From contig NW_020843568.1 of assembly GCF_003704095.1 (NCBI RefSeq), forward strand, positions 62,001 through 126,000: a stretch of 64,000 nucleotides of DNA, written 5' to 3'. The DNA comes from Pocillopora damicornis (taxonomy: Eukaryota). The position numbers and the translations under genes are program-made. Under the pieces are notes generated by a model. It made no database searches. It was not told the DNA's origin and was given only the letters and a program-made list of their open reading frames with translations. Shown one piece after another: positions 24,901-36,900 of the stretch. The stretch's first letter is position 1. Every line of letters begins with the position of its first letter.

Positions 24901-27900
24901 TTAAATAAAGTTTCTCTTATTGTGCATGGAAAAATCATTGAACCAAGAGGACCACCTTTCATTACTTTCCAAAATTTGGTTTAATGCAATGTTGGTGAAT
25001 ATATTGATAAACACAATGTTCATTGGTTTTTGAGGCTAGATCTTCAGATAATTTGAGGTTTCCTTTTATCAAGATTACGATAAGGGTGGTAAAGTTTGGT
25101 TTTGAGCGAGAGCTTTTTTAATTGTCTTGATGCAAATGAGAAGAGTAAACAGCGTTGTTGATATTTATTATGTTTACCAAGGTCTCTCTTCCTGCAAATC
25201 TGAGGCAGACCTCATTTGCTTACAAATTACCTGTTAGAGTTTTTTCCTAATAAAAACTCCACGGTGTGAAATTTAAGCTTGAAAATTGGATTCCAGCCAA
25301 GTTGTAATGACTTTTTCATGGGGTCTAAATTAAAGTTCCATTATTTTAAGAATTTTAAAAACAAATTGCAGCTAGATGTTTTTAAATGACCTCCTGAAGA
25401 GAGTGTTTTAGCAAGAATATTCTTTTCAGTCGTCTACAAGAGTTCGTAAATTTCTAATGCAGATTATTTGTGACCACAATTTGTGGGATCATGTTGTCGT
25501 CATTTTGTAACAAGCTGCGATCTGTAGCCGAGGTAATTGTGTTACACGTTTTGTTCTTCGAAGCTTTGCCTTCGTATTTTCCTTTCAGCTCGGTGGTAAA
25601 ACTGAATGATTCTCGAATCTTTAGACGAATTCGTTTGTTTTTGTTGCCGATCCTCAAATTTTCTTTTGTTTTGAAGAACTGTGCTTCTTGTCGCAAATAC
25701 TGGCGGTTGAGCTTACTGCTAAAAAACCTTTGAAAAAACTTTTAAAATCCTGCAGTGAACACATAGAAATTTGGTGGATTTTTTGTTTTTAAAGGTAATT
25801 ACACCAACCGTAAGTCGTCTTTTTCTTTTTTTTTTTTTTTTAAGACAGGCTTCCACGGAGCTTGGTGTTAATTAGGCACGTCTCTAAGCGAGAAGTGAGA
25901 CTTTTTTTAAACTAAGGATTTACAATACTCGTAAGTTTGTAACTCGAAGGAAGTGACATCTTTCGTTGTATGTCTATGCTTCGTCATCTGTTTTTCAAGT
26001 TTGCGGAAAGATTTCGCTGTCGCGATGTATTCATTTCTCGTTTGCAAATATATTTCCCTATTTTTTGACCGGATGTATCTGTGAGCGTCAGCATATTTTG
26101 GTTTCACAGCGTTTGCTTTGTCTCGGAGCAAGGCCCACAAGGATACCTTTGCTTTCTTTCAATAAGGAAGATCAATGTTTTCACTCAGGATGGCCTGAGG
26201 TCGAACCTGAAAATTGTTGTCATTCATTGTTGGTGTTAAGATGGAAGGTCTTTGCCATCGATTGGCCTCTCGGTGTGTTGAGAAGTTTTGCTCTGTTTTC
26301 AGAGCTGTCATGTCGTTAAGCACAGTTCATAATAGTTGTTGTCAGGTGAACTTGGTCCTATCACAATGTTCTTCTCTCGCTGTAGTCATACAAAGATGAA
26401 CTGTCCACAGTTAAGAAAGACTTGGAACAAGTCAAGAAGCTTGGCTTTCAGATTATGGAGCGAGTTCCAGAAGAAAAAAAGTCTGGGGTCGAAAGGCGAG
26501 TGGAGGAAGTGGTTCATGAACACAGGGAACTGGAGAAGAAAGTACGAAGCAAGGACGAGGTTAGTGCATGTACTGTAAGGACAATTTTTAGCGATAGTAG
26601 GATTTTCTGTGCGTCATGTTGTGTAAGATAAATCAACTCGCTTTCGCTTCAATTTCAGGTCGGATCGTCCTACCATTTATCAGTAATCTTGAACGTACTG
26701 TACGACCCTAAATTTTTAATTCCCCTGGTTTCCTGTTTTATAGTGATGTAAAGGGCAAAGTTCTTTAATCGCTGTCAATTCCAGCTGTGCTTCAAAACCA
26801 GTCAGCAGTTTAATTTTAGCATATTACTGAGCTGACATGGTCAAACCCATTCCCCCTCACTTCTTTACTGTTGCTTCGCCAGGTTTGTTTTCTGTGGGAG
26901 TATATTTGGTAATCAGGTTTTACTTTTCGGACCAGTCTAATTTTCTTTCAATTTGGGGGGCATTTGGTTTAAGTCTCGAATGGAGAAATAATTTGGATTG
27001 CGGTAAGTTTGAAGAATGTGAAATCATCTGGGACTTTTTCGTGACTTGTGGCTTGTAATCTTGTTACATTTTCAAACCGTGAAAATCACGAGAAAGTCTC
27101 ATTTGTTATTTTTGCGCAAGATCCAAAAGGAAGGGATTACTTCGGGATTACTTTGGGATTACTTAGCATTCAGATGTTGTTACTTTTTAAAGTATTTTTG
27201 TGGTGATAAATGTGAATTTTTTCGTTTTTAATTTAACAATTCGCTCCCGACTGGACATCGAAAAATTATCATTTTTCTTTTGATTAGTTTCCTTCTATCA
27301 TGTCTTGCCATTGACAAGTTTTTAAAAACCCATTGAGGATTTCCGGGAGACCCCCCACGTAGAATTGAAGTCAATGTTTTCAATCTTCTCCAGGGTTTCA
27401 AGAAGAGTGAAAAAGCTTAGAAATTAAAAGGAAGAAATATATAAAAGTCAAAAAGAGAAAAAAACGAAAATGGAAAAAAAGAGAAAATAGAGCAACTATT
27501 TCTAGAAATGCCGAGAATCGATGTTGTTTATATTTCATTCTATGTTTTCTTTTTTATCAAAGTAACCGACATGTTTGTTGTTAACTTGGCCTCCTTCTTA
27601 ATTTAACATTGCATGGTTGTTCATGTACAGTCTTTTTATCTTGCTTTGTTTCGTAATTCATCCCTACTAGCATAGCCATTGAAATAATATTGAAATAATA
27701 TTTCTTTTATCGCAAATTTTGAGAATTTACCCATTTTCATGATTCTTTTTATTTTTTTTGTTACAATGACCGGTTTGTCGGAACATGCTGATAGATTTAA
27801 AAAGATTCTTTCTGGATTAGTCTGCAAGAATCTAGAGAAAAGTCTTATTAATCTGACATATTTCGATCTGCTTGGATTCTTGTGATTTGAAGATGACAAA

Positions 27901-30900
27901 TGATTTTATCAGCTTTAAATTCTAGATTTATTATTTTGTTTTCAATCTTTCTTGTCAAAGTACAGATTAATTGCCTTTCACAGGTAGTTAAATGTGATCT
28001 ATTTTTGGTTCAACAAACAGTAGCTTTTTCACGCCGACTTCAGCAATTATGAAATTGAAAACAAAATCTGCAATTTATTCTTTCATTGGATTTTCATAGC
28101 CGACCCTCCCTGATTGTTACTGATAAAGCTGTGACATCTGTTTTTATTCCCTTTGGATTAATTATTCCAACGGCGTCGTTGGATCGTATGATTGCAGTCA
28201 AAATTATCGCTTCGGTTATATGTTACCAGACTTCGGCACTGGTAAACTCATTACACTGGTTGCATTGAAATCCCCGGGAAGAATGCGGTTTTTGGTGAGA
28301 TACAAAGGTAAACGAGTTTTGAACTAGAAAAGAGTGTGAATTTACGATTAGTCTTTAAACTTTAATATTTATTCCTACGTTTTAAATTGCGAACTCGTTA
28401 AATTAACTTCAAGCAATGTTTAAAAGGCGCTTTCCAAACTCCGCCGTATTTTCTAAGATTTCGCTCTCTGCCGCATATTTGATTTTAAACGTACGATCCC
28501 AGTTTTCTAAAAGAAACCTGATCGTATTTAATTCAGGAATGTTCATGTATTTCCGAAGGTTGTGGTTTGGGCCATAGTCTCCAACGAAATTTCTTGCTGT
28601 GATATTTCTGTTGCAGTGATAACTTTGAAGTTGTGTGATATTTGTTGTGTTAGTCTTTTCATGTTGTATGCTCTTTAGCGTACGTATTTCGTACTTCACC
28701 CCTCATATTCTGAAAACAGGAATCACAATGCATTTATGTAAATTCACGAATTGCATATTTTCTAAACCACTTTCTTGTGGAGATGCTATTAGTCGTTACT
28801 GGATTTTATTGTGACAACGTTGTAAGTTAATCTTTTTTTACTGCATATTAATTCTGATAACCGTTTACAGTTCTCGAAAACAGGACTGCTTGAAACGAGA
28901 AGGGAGACAGGGAAATTATTGTTATTATTCTGAAGTTACTTTACTACTTTGAATTATCAATGGGTCATTACTTACTTTACTGAGATCAGGAGAACCTTTG
29001 TACAAATCTCACAGATAGATTGCACTGTTTTCACTCGCTAATACCGAATGAAAATTGTTGTGTTTTAGTTCGGCTGGCTTTTGCATAAAAACAACGATAA
29101 ATTTTTCATTTCACGGCAAGTCTCGCGGTGGACGAGGAAAGTGACGTGACAAACGTGGCATGACGAGATCGTCTCTGTCATGTGACAAAGTGTACGTTAC
29201 AATTATGAAAGTGTCGGCACCTTCAGATGGAGCTCATCGATGATTGTTTTTGTGCTTTTTGTCATAAAATAGAATTTTAAAAAAGAAAAAGGAAAACACC
29301 TCCATACAACAATCCTTCTCGAGTTTCAAAGAGATCCCGTGGAATTCTTGAACTTCGAATCTTTTTTTCAGAGTCTGTACTCTGGAAAGCATTTCTGTAG
29401 AAAAATATGCATATTGGTGTCCGTATATTCAGGAGTTTTGGTTGGTCTTTTATGAAATTCGCCGCCTTATTAAATTTGGCTTGGTAACGGTAGCAAAGCA
29501 AGTAACTATAACCGCTGATGTTTAACATTGCTGATCATTTCATTCCTAGTCTCTCCGTGAAGCGTTACCTTTGGCCGAGCGCCTGGAAAGTGATATGAAC
29601 AGTTTGGAAAAGTGGCTGGAGGACAGGACTACTGAAGTAAAGAAGAGAGAAGAGGACGGATTCCCAGAGGACGTGGATGGCGAGATTAAGTGGAACAAGG
29701 TTAGTTTTAGGGCATTGATGACAACGACAACATAAATAAATAAGAATCTTCTCCATCCTCAGCCATCCTTGTTTTGTCTTAGATTAATGCCTTTTTGGTG
29801 TTTTTCTATCTTAGAGAACATTTATTTCGTAATAGTTTGCAATCCGTTAGAATCCTCTCCGTCCTGCGTCTTTCTTGGTCTATTATTTCTTCTCATTTTT
29901 TTCTATCTTTATTTACTAATATTTTGAAGTCATATACAATCCGTGTCACTCCTCTTCATCCTTTGTCGCCTTGTTCCTTCTTGGTTTATTATTGGCTCAC
30001 TGATTTTTTTCCTTTTTTGCCAAACTAATGAACTTATGTACAAACAGTGTCAATCTTGTCCATCCTAAGCCTTTCATGGCTCCTTTCTGGTTCAGTTTTA
30101 CCTCTTCGGTGTTTTTCTCATGAACCAAACTTATATTTTGTTGTCATTTCCGATACATTTTAGTTGAGTTCATCCTTAGCCATCTTTGCAACTTCTTTGC
30201 GTACTCTTACCACCCTTGTGTTTCTCAGACCTGCGATCAGACGGTCCCTTTTTTCGGGGAGCACAATATTTTAAATCGCAAGAGCCGGGGTTGGGATTGT
30301 GAGGGTGTCCTTTTTCCCTCGCTATGCTGCCTCCCCCCTCTCCCAATAACTTTTGCGCCGCCACTGTATCGGGCTCCTTCCAGAAAAAGAACGCCTGGTC
30401 GCAGGTTAGCGTTCTGTCTGTTCAATCCGACATTTTGTGATGTCAGTCAATCTGGAGTTAGTTTTGTTCTCCACAGCAGGAGTGATTGCGTGACTCTTTA
30501 TGTACACTTTATTAAGCCCTGTGGAGTTTCAGCAATATAGTTTCAAACTCAAGAGAATATCATTCTTAAACTTGTGTTAGTTAGCCAATATAGATATTTC
30601 TGGCCTCGGTCTCTTTTGGTAACGATCGCTAAATTCAAGAGTATAATATTAACTCAATTATCAGCATCTGCGGCGCTCGAATCCAATATGGCGATGTTTT
30701 CGTAGTTTTAATTCAGGCTTGTTCAGTGTATTTGTCTGCTGCGAAGCGACCGGATAAGGAAAAACTCCTAGAAAAATGTTAACCAGGAAAAGAGAGTTTT
30801 CTAAAGATGGAAAAATGCGCCAAGGTTTTGTTTTGACGTATGAATCTCGGAGTCGTCAAGCAAAGTATTACAAGGTAGTGTTCTGAACGGTTGAAACTTG

Positions 30901-33900
30901 AATGAGAGCTAACATCCTAACTGTTTTCTTTCCGTTTTGACTGTATGTTTCAGATTATCTGAGCAAGTGTATAAAACTTTGACTCTTATGTCAATACCTT
31001 TGCTTCTTCAAATTTCTTCTAGTGGAGAAGTAGTTTGTTCTAACCAGTCATTTGCGTTGAATAGTTATGTAATGTGGGTGTATTTTCTCCGCTTAGGGTC
31101 TCGTGCAAGAGGTCACTGGCAAAATGTCAGACGTGCAAAACCTCACACAAGTTGGTCGTGAATTGGTCGACTTGTCTGAAACTGGCCAACTTGTGAACTT
31201 AGAAGACCGACTAACACGGATCAATAACGCATGGGAAGACTTGAGTTCAGCGGCAGAACAGCGAATGTTGACCTTGCCTAAGTACAAGGCAAAACTGGCG
31301 GACTTTGAGAAATCTGTGGATCAAATGAACCAATGGTTGGAGGATATGGAAAAAGAAACCAACAAAGTGCAGCCGAAATTAGACGAAGCGGACGTAGCTA
31401 AGAACAAAATTGACGTAAGTGCTTTAAAATTTTAAGTTTACTCTTTAAATTCTAAGAGCGATAGTATCTGATTTAGAATGCAATATTGGTTTCGGTGAAG
31501 CGTACGCGGGGCTTGGATAGCAAAAATTCAGATACTATTGAGGGCAAATACGTACCTTAAGTCAAGATTTCTGTCATATTCGTGGAATTAATACTAAATG
31601 AAATGATACACTTTCTTTCGGTAAACCTGATTTTTTTATGTCTCGAGATTCAAAGCAATAGTCCAGCCCACGCATATTCCTGGTATGTGATAATCATTGC
31701 GATATTACAGTGAACCCTTCTCGTTTTTGTCAAATTTTAGAACAAAGAAATGCCCAATAACTCATATTAAATTAATAGCTCGTTTTTCACTTAAAGAGAG
31801 CAAAAGTAATCTTAGAATAAATAATATGACTTCCGGTTACAAGTGCACTACAAATTGATGGTTCCAAGCAGGACATGAGCGGCTTGGCTCGTCCGTTCAT
31901 GTGAAGGAGAATCAAACTGCAACTTTGCAAATTGCCAGTCACGAGATTTAACTTCGTAGCGAATCCAATCGAAAGTACTCTATTGAAAATATCAGCGGAA
32001 GCCTGCGGTTATTCTAAATATTTCAATTATATCTCCACTACTGTTCGCCACACCACAAACACTTGTAAGATAAGAATATCCCCTCATCTATATCGTCTTT
32101 TGTCAGATGTCAATATAAAATCTTAACATTCAAAAATCAGACGTGAGTATGATGTGATTTTCCTTGCATCTCTACCATCGACTTATCACGCAATCATTTA
32201 GGACCCTCCTGATTTAATTAAGTAAGGGTGGCTCAATATAATTGAATTGTGGGCTATTGTGATTTTTTTTGTTATTGGGTGGGCGTGCAATATCGTAACG
32301 ACTATATAAATCACATCGGATATTGAATCAATAATAACCCTAAGTCGTAAAAGGATGTCTCTTAGTTTCAGGAGGATGTCTCTTAGAGTACTGTTAAACA
32401 TGCGGCAAAAGTTGGTCGAGAATGATAAAAGCATTAGGCAGACTTTCATTTTTTTTCTCTGCTGAAATCATACGAGAATAACGATTGTCGCAATACCTTT
32501 TAGGTCTTGTCAAAAAACCCTTCATCTAAGCTACAAACCCTTTCCTTTTCAAGAATGATAAACATTTGAAGTATCCCCCGGCTTAGCTGGATACACCGTC
32601 ATGTTGGTGGGCATTGTTAACTGGGAAAGTTATCATCTGGGGATTATCTTTCATATGCAACCTCAAATTGTCACGACAAGCTGGTCTTTATATCGTGCAC
32701 GTTAATTGGAGCTCTTTGTTTTAACCCTTGGAGTGACTGGCTTCAAATTTCTCCTCACATCATCATCCTTAAATCAAATGTGAAGGTCATGAGAATAAAG
32801 GAAACGATCAAAAATTTAAGAAGCTCTAAATTGTCAAACAAATTCTCCTTATCAGTACCACAGGAAATGTTAAGAGAACTGTGTCGAGAGCATGAATACT
32901 TATGTAACGGTGTAAAGGGTCAAGTTAATCTTCGTAAAAGTTCCAATATAAACTCCTCCTATTAATTGGAAAGTGTTTTTAAATGGTCGTTCTGTTCGTT
33001 CGTTCTGTTTCAGGAAATACAAGAAAGCATCAAAAATCGCGAGCCTCAGCTGAATCTAATCAGGAAGCAGAGCGGTGAATTCGTTCATCGCGGCCGTCCC
33101 ATCATGGAACCTTACAAGCGTCTGCTGGACAGAAGGTGGGATGACTTGTCAGCTCGGATAGGTCAGCTGGAGCAAGACTTGGATGAGGCCAAAAGGACGG
33201 CCGCGGAGGCCAGAGCTAAAGGAGGAAGAGTGGAAACAGAGATTATCGTCACGGTGAGAAAGTTTTCTCTTTTTTTGTGTAACTAATTATTATGGATGCA
33301 ACAATTTCACAGTTAAAAGGTAAACTATGGAAGAAAATGTATCGAAAAAACCCTCTTGATCTGGTCTTTTTATGTTCAGGAGCGTAAGACAGTGTCGTCT
33401 ACTCCCGGGGGGTTAATTGAAGAATATCTATCGAGAGAAAAAAGGACAGAAACTGACGCAGGACTCCCAATCACCACCATCACCACTCACAGGACCTACA
33501 CAACAAATTCGGCTCCAGGTGAGACTTAGATTACGTATGTAGCACATGCAGCGGTGAAAAGAGATCTCAGAGGAAAGACCGTCCTGTTTATGTCTATTTA
33601 CGAAAGATCAAATGATGGAAAAAGTTATTAATTCAAACAAGCATGGAGAAAAATGTCTGAGTTCCCCGCGCGGAGCCAACCTCAGACCGGTAAAGAGCCG
33701 CAGAGAAATGTTATTGATGTCGGCCGTATACTGGGCTCATACGCGACAAGCGTCTTGTATACTATTGTGATCGAAAGCGTCGTGTGTGTATAAGAAAGAT
33801 AAATAGTTAAGTTAACATAGCATCGAGTCACGAGCTATAAAGGTCTGAGCTTCAATTGCTCTTGGGTGACTCCAAGGTTTTCGTTCATGTTTCCTTTAGC

Positions 33901-36900
33901 TAAGGATCTGTAGATCGCACATTGATCCAAAGTAGGTGTAATCTAAAACGAGTGATGTGGTATACAAATAGTAATAATAAGCTTTTTCCTCAACTCACTG
34001 CCATCTTTTTTCTTCTTTTAGGGCACTACGTGGATGATGACTTTCAGAGGCGTTTAGATCAGATTCTTTTGGATATCAAAGGTTTGGAAGATATTATTCG
34101 TGACATTCAATCTCCCAAGAAATCATCTGAGAAAGAAGTCAAAGAGAAAATCAAGGTAGGACCGGAAACCATTGGAAGAAGGATGTGCACTGACAGAAGC
34201 TCGCATTTGATTTGGAAATCTTACATGAATCGAGAGTTTGGAGACAATTCTTAGTTAGGCTCTTATTGGAGTTCAGTTAGGGAATTTTTAGACAAATTAA
34301 TTTTAATGGCATTCTTAGATCCCTCCAAAAAGCCTAAACCCAAAGTTGGATGAAAAAGCGCTCGGTGAACCTATGTCAAATCTTAGAAAACGCCTTACAA
34401 ACCTACGTGTGTGTATTGGAGGTTTCATAAACGCCTTGTGGACCTCTTCTTTAGGTTGCGGAAATTCAAGTTGACAATCTGCAGCCCCGCGTAGAGCACC
34501 TGTTGAAGGAGAGTAAAACCTATGCTAACAGGGAGGGGGCACGGGGAGATCACATCCACCAGTCGTTGCTTGATTTGTCCAGTCGTTGGGTGAAGGCTTG
34601 TGATGAAGTCGAGAAGCAGAAGAAAGCTGTCCGTATTGTGCCGAACTGGTATCAGTTCAGAAGCAACTTGGATGACATTGATGCGTGGCTCAGAAAGATG
34701 GAGCAGGAAAAAGAATTAACGGTTAAGGTGAGGAGGACTGGGTCGATTGTCATACTCAACACGTGCTGCGGTGTTTTGAATGGTCACGAAGAGTAATCAA
34801 ATGGTTATGAGAGAGAGGAGTCTTCTGAAGGAGATAAGATTTCTTTGTTTATGTTTTTTTTTCCTTATCGTTTTGCGACGTAGGATATAAGATAGACAGA
34901 GAACTTACAATTCTAGTTTGCTTATGAAGGCCGATTAACAGTTGCAGATGGAAGAGGTGGAAATGAAGCAATAAAAAAAATTGAAAGAATTGAAAAATGT
35001 TGAAATTTATGAACTTGAGACTGAATAAAGGAGAGATTTTTCAAGATTAACAAATGATGTCTTACTCCATCAATACAATGATGTTGTCTTTCCTAATTCT
35101 TTAAAGCCGGAGGAAATCGAGGAGCAACAAGCGAAATACGAGATGGTGTTTAAGAATATCGAGGAACTAGACAGACAAGGAGTTCAGATACTGACTCCTC
35201 GCGAGATTGAACGACTGAGGAAGAGATTCAGGGCCATTCACACCAAGTTTATGCAGTACCACAGGCCAGCTGGAGACAGTGAGTGCAATGTCTTGATAAA
35301 CATTTTACTTCTTCTTCTTTTCTTACTACATTTTGCCTCTTGTTTTTCATCTTTCAGCGACTTCTTATCGCATCACAGTTCACACTGGTGATGTAAAGGA
35401 TGCTGGTACGCAGTCGAACGTGTCTGTGATGTTGTTTGGTGATAAAGGAAAGTCGTCGAAACTTCGCTTGGACAAATCCGAGACATACAACACCAAGTTC
35501 TGTCGCGATCAGCTTGACATATTCACCGTGTACAATATTCCACAGCTCGGCGATTTGCACAAGGTCCAAGTTTGGCATGATAGGACTGGACCCAAGCCAG
35601 ATTGGTTCGTGAAGGGATTTTACGTCGAAGACAGATCAACTAGAAAGGTTTACTTTTTCAATTGCAATGCGTGGATTGGTCGAGATGCTGACATGCAAGA
35701 TATCAAGTGTGAAGGTTACACCCTACCAGAAGGTGAAAAATAAGTCTATACAAAAATATTCTCTTTGAGCCCTCAATGCTATGGAGGCAAAGCTTAGTTT
35801 CTTACAAAATTAGTAGCAACAGTTTTTCATTTAACGATTTTGTTCAATATCTTAAAATCAGACTGCCTCGTCAACTCCCCAAAACCTCTCGAAAATTGGT
35901 GATAGCAAACGATTTTTTCTACGAAATCTTCGTTGGTGAAGAAAATCTTACCAAGGGGGTCCCATAAACAAATAACGTATCGTTTAACCTCGTTCATGTT
36001 TAACCATGCTCATAACATTCTACAACTTGAATAGTGCAATAGTTGAATTCAAACACAAAACTGCGACTCAAGGATTGTAATCTGAGAAAGATGTACGAAA
36101 ATTTACCATGGCAAGGATATAAGGGTTTACAGGAAAAGGCCTGGGACTTTACGTGAGATATTCAATGCCACAAAGGTTCGCGTTGGTTGATTAGTCGTAC
36201 ATTCATTACATTTGCTTAACAAATTGACAGTAAAGATGGTGCGAAGAGAATTTCAACCGGATGTTTTCATATAGATTAATTTTGATCAGTGTCTGCTTTG
36301 TTATGTTAAACTCTTTGTATTTTCCACTACATTGCCGCGTTGTCGGCGAGCGTAATTTCATTTGCTTTTATTGGTGCATTTCAATATTTTGCGAAGTAAA
36401 ACCTTAGGAAATGTCGAGATGAACAGTTTTGTTTTCAAGTGTTACCTGTTTTGAAAAGAGAGATACTTATACTTTCCAAATTGTCATTCCAACCACGTGT
36501 TACAAGGCCTGCTATTGGTTGTAGCTGGGCGACTCGCCCAGTGAATAATAATTTCCATTTGAATGGTCGAATTTCAAAATAGAGTGTTCGGCTGGTCGTT
36601 CAAGTTTGATAAATTACGGAAATCTACGACTATTTTACGACTTTTTTGTCGTTCTTAGTTTGTTTTGATTGATGTTAAGTGGCCGTGGCTTATAGTTGGT
36701 TGCACTTAAGGTATGATAGAATTTTTACGAAAATTACTGATCCAGTTCTGTGTACGTCCGCCGCTAACACCATTTTCACAGATTAAGCTACAAATAGCAA
36801 ATTTTGAACTTTATTTCGGCATACCAAACAGATCATTCAGATCATTACATCATTACAAAAATACTGGTTCTGTAATTTTTCGTGATTCTCTGTATTCTGA

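Noticed and set aside
26837-27008. [13 protein letters not shown]... with donor G|GTAAGT at 27003 as an alternative first exon
   Set aside because: The donor is phase 1 in that frame, while exon 27 needs phase 0, and the phase-0 frame has no ATG after its last stop. At most a non-coding exon, which cannot be supported.
35333-35743. PLAT ORF as an independent nested single-exon gene
   Set aside because: There is no ATG (the ORF track starts at TTG within the polypyrimidine tract), while the acceptor and donor phases fit the flanking dystrophin exons exactly.
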